Source: an uncultured delta proteobacterium
Lineage (GTDB): Bacteria > Desulfobacterota > Binatia > Binatales > Binataceae
Assembly: GCA_963794325.1 (NCBI GenBank)
Contig: CAWCDG010000003.1
Span: 64,001-128,000, forward strand
DNA: 64,000 bases
Reading direction: 5' to 3'
The notes under the pieces are model-generated. The model saw nothing but the letters and a program-made list of their open reading frames with translations. It had not been told where the DNA came from and made no database searches. The position numbers and the translations under genes are program-made. Of the stretch, positions 31,317-40,703 are shown piece after piece. Position 1 is the first letter of the stretch. Each line of letters begins with the position of its first letter.

Positions 31317-31619
31317 TTGGAACTAGGCAATGCCGCCGGATGGGCCGCCGCTTTTGTCGCCTTCGTTGCTGTCAATGCCAGCACAATCCAATGGCTGCTG
31401 AAGCGGCGCGACGATCAGCGTGAACGCGACTCCAGCCGGGTGACCGATCTGGAAGACGCGCTCACTGAATTGCGGGTGAGCATGCCGCTCGAGTACGTGC
31501 GCCGCGAGGACTGGATCAGATTCAGCGGCACCTTGGACGCGAAGTTGGATGCGATGCGCGAAGAAGTACGCGAACAGATTGGCGAAGTAAAGGAAAGGCT
31601 ATATGCCGGACGCAATTGA
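31317..31619 (+). CDS. Mu-like phage membrane-anchored coiled-coil protein
   Basis: N-terminal TM segment and MPLEYVRREDW; lies upstream of the gp26-like gene. Confidence 0.7.
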   Translation: MELGNAAGWAAAFVAFVAVNASTIQWLLKRRDDQRERDSSRVTDLEDALTELRVSMPLEYVRREDWIRFSGTLDAKLDAMREEVREQIGEVKERLYAGRN

Positions 31620-31917
31620 CCTTGAACAAAAGAATCGCGAGGAAGCGCGCTGGCGGATGCTGCGCGTGGTTGACGCGGGCCGTCCGATAGCCGTCTCCGA
31701 GCAGATAGTCTGGCGGGTGCTCGCCGATATCAAGCTGTCGCTATCGCTCAACACCGTGCGCCGCGAACTCTCCTACCTGCGCGACCTGGGACTTATCGAA
31801 CTCGAAGGCGAGGACGCGGAAACCTGGTTCGCGAAGTTGACCGCCAACGGCGTCGACGTCGTCGAGTACACCTCCGCATCACCGGCCGGCATCGCCCGCC
31901 CGCGCAAATACTGGTGA
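31603..31917 (+). CDS. Mu gp26-like winged-helix protein
   Basis: RRELSYLRDLGL..AKLTANGVDVV..GIARP. Confidence 0.75.
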   Translation: MPDAIDLEQKNREEARWRMLRVVDAGRPIAVSEQIVWRVLADIKLSLSLNTVRRELSYLRDLGLIELEGEDAETWFAKLTANGVDVVEYTSASPAGIARPRKYW

Positions 31918-31927
31918 GGCGCGCGCG

Positions 31928-32545
31928 ATGAAGAAAAAGAGCGAGGCCAAGAAAAAGAAACCCGCCGCGCACCCAAAGCGCGTGCCGATAGATCCGATTC
32001 CGTTCAAGACGTGGAAGATAAAAAAGTTGCCGCCGGATTTGAAGGAACAACTCGATCGGATGCTTACCGAAGGCACGTTGCATAGCTGCCGGCAGCTCGC
32101 CAAGTGGCTGGGAGACAATGGGTTCGAGATCTCGCACGCGGCGATTCACAAGTACGGGCAGAAGTTCGAGCGGCGGCTCGAGGCGGTCCGGATAGCGACG
32201 GAACAGGCGCGAATCGTTTGCGAAGAATTCAAGGACGATGACGAGCGGATGCAGAGTGCGCTGATGAGGCTGGTGCAGACGCGGTTGTTTGAAGTGCTGT
32301 CGGCTACCAGCGAATCGGAGCCGAAGAGTGAGAATGATGAAGGGACGAGGGTCGCGCCGGTGAATGTCACGGCGCTGGCACGCAGCGTGTCGGGACTGGC
32401 AAGGGCCGAAACCGAGCATCGCAAATGGGCGGAGCGGGCGCGGGCGAATGTGGCGGAGGCGGAGAAGAAGGTGGATGAGGCGCGCAGTAAAGGATTGAGC
32501 AAGGATGCGGCGGAGCAGATTAAGGCAGTGTTGTTGGAGATTTAG
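31928..32545 (+). CDS. Mu gp27-like (DUF3486) putative terminase small subunit
   Basis: KIKKLPPDLK..GFEISHAAIHKYGQ..GLSKDAAEQIK..L. Confidence 0.85.
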   Translation: MKKKSEAKKKKPAAHPKRVPIDPIPFKTWKIKKLPPDLKEQLDRMLTEGTLHSCRQLAKWLGDNGFEISHAAIHKYGQKFERRLEAVRIATEQARIVCEEFKDDDERMQSALMRLVQTRLFEVLSATSESEPKSENDEGTRVAPVNVTALARSVSGLARAETEHRKWAERARANVAEAEKKVDEARSKGLSKDAAEQIKAVLLEI

Positions 32546-32583
32546 GGGGATGCCATCAGAGTCGCGAGCGATGGCCGCATTAA

Positions 32584-32817
32584 TAACCTCCCCTTGTCCG
32601 AGGGGAGGTCGGCGAAAGCCGCTTGAAAAGCGGTGTCGCCGGGAGGGGTGCAACGTGCGACACCCCACCAACGCCGACTCGTCTAATCTCAATGCAGAGA
32701 AACTCGTTCGCTGTTCGACAGCAGCACAACGCGCATTGTTGCGACTGTCCAGCGTTGCACCACTCCCGTCGCTCACCTTCGGCTCGCGCCGACCTCTCCT
32801 CGGACAAGGAGAGGTTA
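32584..32817 (+). repeat. About 230-bp nested inverted-repeat element (family E), copy 1
   Basis: 31-bp TIR TAACCTCCCCTTGTCCGAGGGGAGGTCGGCG with an inner IR; homologous to 34419-34648. Confidence 0.9.
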
Positions 32818-32851
32818 GGAACGGACGGAGCAGCAACCAAAAACTAACTAA

Positions 32852-34375
32852 ATGAACGAACCACTCTCAATACTACTTCCCTATCAACGGCGATGGCTCG
32901 CCGATCAATCGCAAGTCAAAGTCAGCGAGAAATCGCGGCGGATCGGGATCACCTGGACCGAGGCTGCTGACCGCGCCCTGGGCGCCGCTACCAGCGGACG
33001 CGCCGGACTCGACGGATGGTATATCGGGTACAACAAGGACATGGCGCTCGAGTTTATCGAGGCCGCCGCGCGATGGGCGCGACGCTTCAACCGGGCCGCC
33101 GAAACTATCGAGGAGCTTGTCCTCGACGACGAGCGCAGCGCTATCCTCGCGTACCGAATCCGGTTCGCATCAGGGCACAAAATCGTTGCGCTGTCGTCGC
33201 GGCCTTCAAATCTCCGCGGCAAGGACGGATGCGCGGTGATCGACGAAGCCGCGTTCCATGAAGACCTGCCCGGACTGCTGAAAGCGGCGCTCGCATTCAC
33301 GATGTGGGGCGGATTGGTGCGGATAATCAGTACTCACAACGGCGCGCATAATGCCTTCAATGAACTAGTCAGTGAGATTCGGGCGGGCCGGAGGCCATAC
33401 TCACTCCATCGTACGACATTCGACGAGGCGCTGGCCGACGGCCTATACAAAAAAATCTGCGAGCAGACCGAAACCGAGTGGAGCGAAGAGAAGCAGCGCG
33501 AATGGCGTCAGCAGATTGTCGATTACTACGGCGACAACGTCGGCGAAGAACTTTTCTGTATCCCGCGCGCGTCGTCGGGCGCGTACCTGAGCTCGGTTCT
33601 GATCGAAGCGCGAATGAAAGCCGGAATTCCTATCCTGCGATGGGAGATGCCGGCGGAATTTTCAGGGCGTCCGGAGGCGGATCGATACGCGGAGACCCAG
33701 GCGTGGTGCGAGGACAATATCGCACCGGCTCTCATCGCACTCGATCCGGCGCGCGCGAGTTTCTTCGGCGAAGACTTCGGCCGTTCCGGAGACCTGACGG
33801 TAATCTGGCCGCTCCAAATCGATAAGGACCTGACCCGGCGGACCCCATTCGTAGTCGAGCTGCGCAATATCCCGTTTCGAAATCAGGAGCAGGTGCTCTT
33901 TTATATTATCGACCGCCTGCCGCGCTTCACGACCGGAGCGATGGACGCGCGCGGCAACGGACAATATCTCGCCGAGACCGCGGCGCAGCGTTACGGCGCG
34001 CGAATCGCGCAGGTGATGCTGTCGGAGGCGTGGTACCGCGAAAATATGCCGCGCTACAAGGCGGCGTTCGAGGATGGCACGATCGAGATTCCAAAGGACG
34101 CCGATGTTTTGTCGGACCATCGCGCGATCACGCTCGAGAACGGCGTCGCAAAAATTTCAGATCGCCGCGCCGTCATCGACGGCAAGGGCCGCCACGGCGA
34201 CTCGGCGATGGCCGCGGCGCTGGCTTTCTACGCCTCGCGCGCAGAGGTGGGAGCTATCGCGTACACCGCAGTGAGGAAAGCAGAGACGAGAAACATATAC
34301 GACGGCGCCGGGAATCCGTTTGGGGCGGCGCCGGTCGATGATGAGATGGCAGGTGGGAGGGTGAGGGGATTTTGA
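32852..34375 (+). CDS. Mu gp28-like terminase large subunit
   Basis: EKSRRIGITW Walker A, IDEAAF Walker B, and GEDFGRSGD / DARGNG / HGDSA nuclease motifs. Confidence 0.92.
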   Translation: MNEPLSILLPYQRRWLADQSQVKVSEKSRRIGITWTEAADRALGAATSGRAGLDGWYIGYNKDMALEFIEAAARWARRFNRAAETIEELVLDDERSAILAYRIRFASGHKIVALSSRPSNLRGKDGCAVIDEAAFHEDLPGLLKAALAFTMWGGLVRIISTHNGAHNAFNELVSEIRAGRRPYSLHRTTFDEALADGLYKKICEQTETEWSEEKQREWRQQIVDYYGDNVGEELFCIPRASSGAYLSSVLIEARMKAGIPILRWEMPAEFSGRPEADRYAETQAWCEDNIAPALIALDPARASFFGEDFGRSGDLTVIWPLQIDKDLTRRTPFVVELRNIPFRNQEQVLFYIIDRLPRFTTGAMDARGNGQYLAETAAQRYGARIAQVMLSEAWYRENMPRYKAAFEDGTIEIPKDADVLSDHRAITLENGVAKISDRRAVIDGKGRHGDSAMAAALAFYASRAEVGAIAYTAVRKAETRNIYDGAGNPFGAAPVDDEMAGGRVRGF

Positions 34376-34418
34376 GGGACTTTATTGAATGTGAAACACA
34401 ATTGGGACTTCCGATTCC

Positions 34419-34648
34419 TAACCTCCCCTTGTCCGAGGGGAGGTCGGCGAAAGCCGCGCAGCGGTGTCGCCGGGAGAGGTGCAAAGTGCGACACCCCACC
34501 AACGCCGACTCGTCTAATCTGAATGCAGAGAAACTGGTTCGCTGCTCGACGGCAGCACAACGGGCATTGTTGCGACAGTCCCACCTTGCACCCCACCCGT
34601 CGCACTCCTTCGGCGTGCGCCGACCTCCCCTCGGACAAGGGGAGGTTA
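34419..34648 (+). repeat. Family E element, copy 2
   Basis: Same TIRs and nearly identical internal spacer as copy 1. Confidence 0.9.
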
Positions 34649-34841
34649 GGATCGGTCCGGATGAAATGCGTAGATGAATAGCTACTGGAGATGGAAGTGC
34701 GAAGAGTGCGGGTACGAGTTCTTGCTCGCGCTCATCCGATTGCCACGACCGTGCCATCGATGCGGCGGCGAATGGTTTCTAAAGATTGGCGAGGCGGCGA
34801 CAAAAGAGTATCGAACTGACTAGTCCGCTTGGAGTAATTCA

Positions 34842-36227
34842 ATGACACTCTATGATGCTTATGGACGCGAAGTAGATACCGGCATGTTGCGCCAGGAGCA
34901 GGCGGCTCCGACGATGGCGGGCGTCCGAAATATATATTCCGTGATGCATCCGTCAATCGGACTGACGCCGGAGAACTTGTCGCGAATCTTGCGGGAGGCC
35001 GAGTTCGGGGATCCCTATCTGTATCTCGAACTCGCCGAGGAGATGGAGGAGAAGGACCTTCATTACCTCGCCGTACTCGGAACTCGCAAGAATGCGGTCG
35101 CGCAACTCGACGTGATCGTGCGGGCGGCGTCGAGTGGAGCAGAAGATCAACGCGCGGCGGCGATGGTGCGCGAGATGATCTGCGACGGCCCGATACAGCT
35201 CGACAGCGTCCTGTTCGACGTGCTCGACGCGGTGGGAAAGGGATTTTCGGCGACCGAGATAATGTGGAATACCACTGGGCGCCAATGGTTTCCCGCGCAA
35301 TTGAAATGGCGCGACCCGCGCTGGTTCGCGTTTGACTGGATATCCGGTGAGGAAATCCTGGTGCGCACCTTGAAAGGCGAAATGGTCCCGGTCGCCAACG
35401 GCAAATCGCCCGCCCGCCCGACCCATTTCGGCGGCGACGGAATACACTCGTCGATGAATCCCGGAATCGGGATGCAGCCGATGACCGCGCCTCTGACCCC
35501 ATACAAGTTCATCACGCATTTCGCCAAGGCCAAAGCGGGCCTGCCGATACGCGGAGGCCTCGCGCGCGCGGCCGGGTGGGCGTACCTGTTCAAGAACTAC
35601 GTACTAAAGGACTGGGTAACGTTCACTGAGGTATTCGGACAACCACTGAGGGTGGGCAAATACCATCCCGGCGCGTCGGAACAGGATAAACAGGCATTAC
35701 TCAATGCAGTATCGCGAATAGGCACTGATGCGGCGGCGATAATGCCGGAGTCGATGGTAATAGAGTTCACCGAGGCGCATCAGGATGGTAGTTCGGAATT
35801 GTATCAGAGATTTTGCGAATACTTAGATGCGCAGGTGAGTAAGGCAGTGCTCGGGCAGACACTTACTACTGAAATGCCTAATGGAGGAGGGTCGCGAGCC
35901 GCCGCGCAAGTACATGACGCGGTCCGTCGCGACATCCTGAATGCCGACGCGCGGCGATTGGCGGCGACGCTGGCGCGAGACCTGGTGCGTCCGATCGTCG
36001 AGCTGAATATGGGGCCGCAAAAACAATATCCGAGGATCGAGTTGGGGCTGCCGGATGACAGCGACGTGAAAGTGTTTGCGGAGGTTGTCGCGATGCTGGC
36101 GGATCGAGGGTTGAGAGTGGGGCAGAAGGCAGTGCTCGACAAGTTGGGGATCGCGCAGGCGGAGAAGGGGGAAGCGGTGCTCAGGGCGATTGGGGGGGAT
36201 GGGGGAAGGGGAGATCACTTGATTTGA
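34842..36227 (+). CDS. Mu gp29-like portal protein (DUF935)
   Basis: EEMEEKD.H, GFSATEI.W, FGQPLRVGKY, SKAVLGQTLT and SRAAAQVH..VR.D. Confidence 0.92.
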   Translation: MTLYDAYGREVDTGMLRQEQAAPTMAGVRNIYSVMHPSIGLTPENLSRILREAEFGDPYLYLELAEEMEEKDLHYLAVLGTRKNAVAQLDVIVRAASSGAEDQRAAAMVREMICDGPIQLDSVLFDVLDAVGKGFSATEIMWNTTGRQWFPAQLKWRDPRWFAFDWISGEEILVRTLKGEMVPVANGKSPARPTHFGGDGIHSSMNPGIGMQPMTAPLTPYKFITHFAKAKAGLPIRGGLARAAGWAYLFKNYVLKDWVTFTEVFGQPLRVGKYHPGASEQDKQALLNAVSRIGTDAAAIMPESMVIEFTEAHQDGSSELYQRFCEYLDAQVSKAVLGQTLTTEMPNGGGSRAAAQVHDAVRRDILNADARRLAATLARDLVRPIVELNMGPQKQYPRIELGLPDDSDVKVFAEVVAMLADRGLRVGQKAVLDKLGIAQAEKGEAVLRAIGGDGGRGDHLI

Positions 36228-36320
36228 TGTGAAACCCTGCGCGGGTTTCACGCTTCCGCGGCAGGGGTGACCCCTGCACCCAGTGTTAAGAGAAGATGCG
36301 GGGCTTCGCCCCTGTTCGAA
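36228..36320 (+). repeat. Structured repeat family C
   Basis: TGTGAAACCC..GGGTTTCACGCTTCCGCGGCAGGGGTGACCCCTGCACCCAGT. Other copies at 38593-38691, 39688-39787, 41400-41503 (inverted), 46861-46956, 48281-48384 and 56185-56262. Confidence 0.9.
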
Positions 36321-36385
36321 GTTGGGTGGGGGGAGTGTCTCGCGGCTGGCGACATTTGTCGCCAGTCGCTGGCGTGCGGGTGGGG

Positions 36386-37188
36386 TCAGGGTTTTGTGCC
36401 GGTTCGTTTTCTTTGGCGGCGGGCTCTGCGGCGGTGTTTCATCTCTAAGAAGATGTCGTCGTAGATGAGTTTTCGGATTGCGAAGCCGGAAGTGGGGAAG
36501 TGGACTGCAGAGTCGGTGGGGGAGCGGCGGTAGCGATAGAGCTGGATGCCGTTCCACCAGGTGGGCGAGTGGTTGCGCGGGGTGCGTAGATCAAGAATCA
36601 GTTTGAAGTTGGCGAGAGCGCGCGCGATGAGATTGTTGGCGGAGCGGGCGGCGCGCTTGTTGGTGTCGTCGATGATGACTACTGCGTCGTCGGCCAAGTG
36701 CTGGATGGCGAGGGCGAGACCGTCGTACTGATCGCGAAAGGAGTGGCCGCCGTCGTAGAAGTAGGCGCCGATGCGGGCGGGACGCCATGGCGCGGCGTCG
36801 AGGAAGTCGCGGAAATCCATGTCGTGGAAGGTGACTTGGCCCACTGCGGTGTGCTCGTCGAGGGTGCGGCGGAGCGCGTCGGCGGCGCCGTCGAACTGCG
36901 AAAAATTGTCGCATGCAACGATGCGCGCGTGCGGGTTGGAGGTCGCGGCGCCGACCAGGCTCGCCCCTTTATAGCATCCGACTTCAACGTAAACTTCGCC
37001 CTCGTCGAGCGATGCGACGGCGGAATTGAGCAGGCGCAGCTTGTTCTCGGTGGCCATCCCGGGAATTTCGTCGAGGATGTGGGAGAGCGAGCGATCGAAG
37101 CGGGATGGGTCGAGCGGGCGAGGCGTCGCGAGTCGGCAAATTCGGGCCATTGCGCGCGGCATCGCTCGAGGAAATCGTCAAACTTCAT
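36386..37188 (-). CDS. Class I SAM-dependent methyltransferase (Methyltransf_24-like), frameshift near 37125
   Basis: YVEVGCYKGAS, YFYDGGH and IIDD. The N-terminus MKFDDF is in another frame. Confidence 0.8.
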
Positions 37189-37224
37189 ATTTTCAGGAAA
37201 GTGTTGCGAGCAGCCAGGTTAACC

Positions 37225-37725
37225 TTACCAATACATCCCGGGGCCCATCGGGCCGACGAGGCCCATGCCGTACGGATTGAACATCTCTTCCTGCTCCTCC
37301 ATATCCTGCATCTGGATGGCTTCGAGGTTCTCGCGGGAGAGCTCGCCCTCCTTGGCCTGGAACTGCTGGTTGAGTTTCAATTTTTCGTACTGCTGATAAT
37401 TTTCCTCGGTGCCGATGTACATGCATTTACAGAAATTCGGATCGGCCATGTAGTAGTGCAGGGTGCCGGTCTTGCCGACGTAGTAGTTGACGTCGAATGG
37501 AACCAGCGACGCGAGTTGCTGCTGGCGCTGGGGAGTGTCCGCGGGGAGCATCCGGAAGCCGGCCGCCGCGAGCATCGGCTCGACCTGCTCGGCCTGCTGC
37601 TCGGGGGTCGGCGGCTCCGGCGGTTTTATCGAACCGCATCCGGCGAGCGCGACGGAGAATGCGGTAAGCATTAGGATGAGGATGGTCGAGGCGGTCGGGC
37701 GTCGCGGTATCAGTTCGTTATTCAC
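37225..37725 (-). CDS. Hypothetical lipoprotein
   Basis: LAGC lipobox, LAAAGF and CKCMYIG. Confidence 0.75.
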   Translation of the reverse strand: MNNELIPRRPTASTILILMLTAFSVALAGCGSIKPPEPPTPEQQAEQVEPMLAAAGFRMLPADTPQRQQQLASLVPFDVNYYVGKTGTLHYYMADPNFCKCMYIGTEENYQQYEKLKLNQQFQAKEGELSRENLEAIQMQDMEEQEEMFNPYGMGLVGPMGPGMYW

Positions 37726-37762
37726 TTTTCGCTTTTCACTTTTTCAATCGAGCGATGCGGAG

Positions 37763-37792
37763 AAAAGAAAGGGCGGCCGTCGCGGGCCGCCC
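37763..37792 (-). terminator. Rho-independent terminator
   Basis: GGGCGGCC stem followed by TTTCTTTT on the minus strand, downstream of ORF 37806. Confidence 0.6.
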
Positions 37793-37805
37793 CATCGGGC
37801 GTAAA

Positions 37806-38468
37806 TCAGGGGACGGAGTTGACTGGATTGCCAGTGGCGTCGAACAAGGTCAGCGCGCCGGCGCCGTCAGAGTTCAGCGTGAGCGAGGCGCGGGTCTTGC
37901 CGTCGGTGCCGATCAGGGCGAGGCCGGGGCGTCCGTCGGGCGTGAGATCCATGCCGATGCGGCCGCGGTGGTCGTCGCCCAGGCGCAAGGTCGGAGTGCC
38001 GTCGGTGGCGACGATGATCGAGGCGCGCGGATTGCCGGCTTTGTCCATCAGACCGATACCGGACTGGCCGTCGGGGGCGACGCCGAGGGTGGCCTGCGGG
38101 CTCGCATTCTCGTCGAACAGAACGACGCGGGCGACGCCGTGGGTGAGGCCGACTTCGATGCGCGGCTTGCCGTCGTGGCCATAGATGCCGAGCGCCGGGG
38201 CGCCGTCGGAGCCGACGCCGAGTCCGGCGCGGAGCGCGCCGGTCCCATCGAAGACCGCGAGTTGCGCGACGCCTTTGTTGGACACGTCGAACGCGCCTCG
38301 GGTCTTGCCGCGGGCGTCGACCAGCATGAATTTCTGCGCGGTGATCATTCGGGGCGCGTTGGCCGCGTCGACGGTGCGCGTGGCGAAGAAATGGCCGGAC
38401 ACGGCGCCTCCGATGAATGCGGCAGCAAGAGTCAGGGTGACAAACCCGATTCGCTCTTTGATGGTCAT
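37806..38468 (-). CDS. Exported protein with about 22-aa beta-hairpin repeats
   Basis: Signal-like N-terminus and a repeating LGV..DG.P.L.L.D..G..R unit. Confidence 0.75.
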   Translation of the reverse strand: MTIKERIGFVTLTLAAAFIGGAVSGHFFATRTVDAANAPRMITAQKFMLVDARGKTRGAFDVSNKGVAQLAVFDGTGALRAGLGVGSDGAPALGIYGHDGKPRIEVGLTHGVARVVLFDENASPQATLGVAPDGQSGIGLMDKAGNPRASIIVATDGTPTLRLGDDHRGRIGMDLTPDGRPGLALIGTDGKTRASLTLNSDGAGALTLFDATGNPVNSVP

Positions 38469-38785
38469 GGTCGCGGTCTCCTTTCCAGTGCCGAGGTTAG
38501 GGCAATTTTCGGGGTGAAGATTAGCAGTTGGAGGCGGAAAGGAAAAATCGGGAAAGTGGCGCGGCAGAGGTGGGCGAATTCACGTGATTGAATGTGAAAT
38601 CAGCGGTGGGTTTCACGCTTCCTTCGGCAGGGGTGACCCCTGCACCCGGTGAATCGCGAAATGTCGAGGACGACCTTTCGCTCTCAGGTTCTTTTTTTCT
38701 GTGTCGTCTTGCGTATGGAAGTTTGGCCGCTCACTATCAGGCTTGAGAAAATCGCCTGCGTGATGCCTTGAAAGTGGGGCTGGAA

Positions 38786-39625
38786 ATGATTTCGAAAGTT
38801 CTCGGTGCGGTGTTGTTGGTTTTGTTCCTGGGCGTTCGAACGCTGAGCTTCGGGGCCGAGACGCGTCCATCGGTTGCGGATGTTTTGGGTCAGGTACAAG
38901 CCACCTATGACAATATGCAGAGCTACTCGTCAGTGGGTGATATAACGTCGAAGATCTCAATGCCTAGTTTGGGACCCGTCGAGGCGCATTACACTTTCTC
39001 GATCAAGCTCGCGCGGCCGAATCTCTATCGGGTCGAATGGGAGTCACGCGCGCCTAACATGGTCAGCAGCGGGGCGGCCTGGTCGGCCGGCGATGGAAAT
39101 TTCGTAACCGTGCCAGGGCAGGCGAGTCCGATGCGGCCGAAAGACATGTCGGCTGCGTTGCCAATGGCGACAGGAATTTCAGGTGGAGCTGCGGGAACCA
39201 TTCCTGAAATCTTCTTTGGCTTGGACAACAACCGCCTCAAGCCCGGCAAGGACGCCGCATTCAAACCGGACGCCGAGATTGAAAACGACCCATGCTACGC
39301 GATCGCAGAAAAAACCGGAGCGATGGGAGTGACCGTTTGGATCTCGAAGAAATCAAAGTTGCTCCGGCAGATAAGAGACGACTTCAGCGGTCCGATGAAA
39401 ATGCCGGAAATGACCGATGAGGAGACCAGGAAGGTCATTCAGTCGATGGGCCAGACGCCAACCGCTGAGGCGATCAAGAACATGAAAGAGCAGATGGTCA
39501 GTATGCGGGCAATGATGAGCTCGGGAATGTCGGGTTTCAGCATCCAGGTTCAGCGGCAAATCGTGGTGAACCCGACCTTGCATAAGGCCGATTTCACCCC
39601 GCATCCATCTCCCGCGAGCAAGTGA
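38786..39625 (+). CDS. Exported LolA/DUF2092-like protein
   Basis: Signal peptide, KLARPNLYRVEW and VWISKKSKLLRQI. Confidence 0.65.
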   Translation: MISKVLGAVLLVLFLGVRTLSFGAETRPSVADVLGQVQATYDNMQSYSSVGDITSKISMPSLGPVEAHYTFSIKLARPNLYRVEWESRAPNMVSSGAAWSAGDGNFVTVPGQASPMRPKDMSAALPMATGISGGAAGTIPEIFFGLDNNRLKPGKDAAFKPDAEIENDPCYAIAEKTGAMGVTVWISKKSKLLRQIRDDFSGPMKMPEMTDEETRKVIQSMGQTPTAEAIKNMKEQMVSMRAMMSSGMSGFSIQVQRQIVVNPTLHKADFTPHPSPASK

Positions 39626-40009
39626 CGCTGGGTGCGGAGTTATGTTGCCCGAATTGAGATGTTGGGGGTGCGCGCGACTGAATTGAATGTGAAACCCTTC
39701 GCGGGTTTCACGCTTCCGCGGCAGGGGTGACCCCTGCACCCAGTACTAATCGCGAAATGTCGAGGACGACCTTTCGCTCTCAGGTTCTAGGGAGGAGGCG
39801 GGTGGCCGAGGATTTACCTCGCCCGTTACTTTACGGGAGAGGCGCCCGGGCGCATCGCGACCGGTAGGTGAGGGTGCTGCGGTTCAAGGCAACGGAGTAG
39901 GACGCTGATCTAGTTCTTTCCCGCGCTTTATCACGACCACTTGGCAGGTTGAGTCATATCCACGCGCCTCGCCTTCCTCGTCGCCGGAATCGGAAACACC
40001 GTGCAACAC

Positions 40010-40351
40010 TCATTCGGGCTCATTTGTGTCGATCTGAATGTCCAAAAACTGAATTATAAAGGGCGTTTGATATGCGGTCGGATGACGTGTCTGATCCAAG
40101 ACGCGGTCCACCAAATCACCCGTGTTTCTGACATAGCCGTAAGTTGAAACTTGCTTCGTTTCGTAGTCCTGCCAGCGGACAATTTGACCGGTGTAGCCAT
40201 CCGCCTTTCGGACGTGGTCTTCATAACAAGTACCTTTTACGTCAATGACTTCCAGCAACGTCGAATGGTGCTCCTTTTGGGACTTGTTGTCGCAGGCGCA
40301 GAGAGGAAGACAAACCAAGAACGCGAGCGTGGCCGCGAACCTACAGTTCAT
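40010..40351 (-). CDS. Hypothetical lipoprotein
   Basis: LCAC lipobox; AT-richer than the flanks. Confidence 0.6.
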   Translation of the reverse strand: MNCRFAATLAFLVCLPLCACDNKSQKEHHSTLLEVIDVKGTCYEDHVRKADGYTGQIVRWQDYETKQVSTYGYVRNTGDLVDRVLDQTRHPTAYQTPFIIQFLDIQIDTNEPE

Positions 40352-40382
40352 ATTCTTTTGCGGACAGGGCCAAGGTGGCAGA

Positions 40383-40703
40383 CTAGAAGTCCGCCTCCGT
40401 TTCACCGACTTGCCCTATTGTCTTTCCCGTCAGGTTGGAAAGGAACGCGAACAGTGGTTTTTGTAGGGCGATGTCTTTGACCCCGAAACTCAGCATTGTC
40501 TTGGCGCGGAAGGCACTTCCCGGATCGCTGCATCTTACCAAAACGCATTCCTCGTCGGGCATGGGTTCAAGCACTTCTCGTACGACAAGACTGACGTAGA
40601 CATTTGGATCGCCCGGTGTGCGGCGGTCGCACTCTATCGCAACCGCACTCCCTAATCTCGGAGGCCAGCAGATCTTCTCATGGTCTTTCAATAACTTCTT
40701 CAT
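40383..40703 (-). CDS. Hypothetical protein
   Basis: SD-like AGGGGG and a 106-aa ORF. Confidence 0.55.
   Translation of the reverse strand: MKKLLKDHEKICWPPRLGSAVAIECDRRTPGDPNVYVSLVVREVLEPMPDEECVLVRCSDPGSAFRAKTMLSFGVKDIALQKPLFAFLSNLTGKTIGQVGETEADF

Larger units (their letters stand above)
27684..36227. mobile_element. Mu-like prophage-derived module (incomplete)
   Basis: Gene order: repressor (leftward), Mor-like activator, lysis-region genes, gp26, gp27, gp28, gp29. Confidence 0.85.

Noticed and set aside
27684-36227. Complete inducible Mu-like prophage
   Set aside because: No MuA/MuB, capsid or tail genes and no identifiable TG...CA ends in the window.
38650-38691. Glycine riboswitch or hammerhead ribozyme in family C (CTCTCAGG; CTGAGAG..CGAAA on the reverse strand)
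   Set aside because: Other conserved core elements are missing; copies occur in both orientations beside unrelated genes.
36228-39787. Integron cassette array with attC sites
   Set aside because: No clear RYYYAAC/GTTRRRY boxes, no integrase, and the genes lie in mixed orientations.
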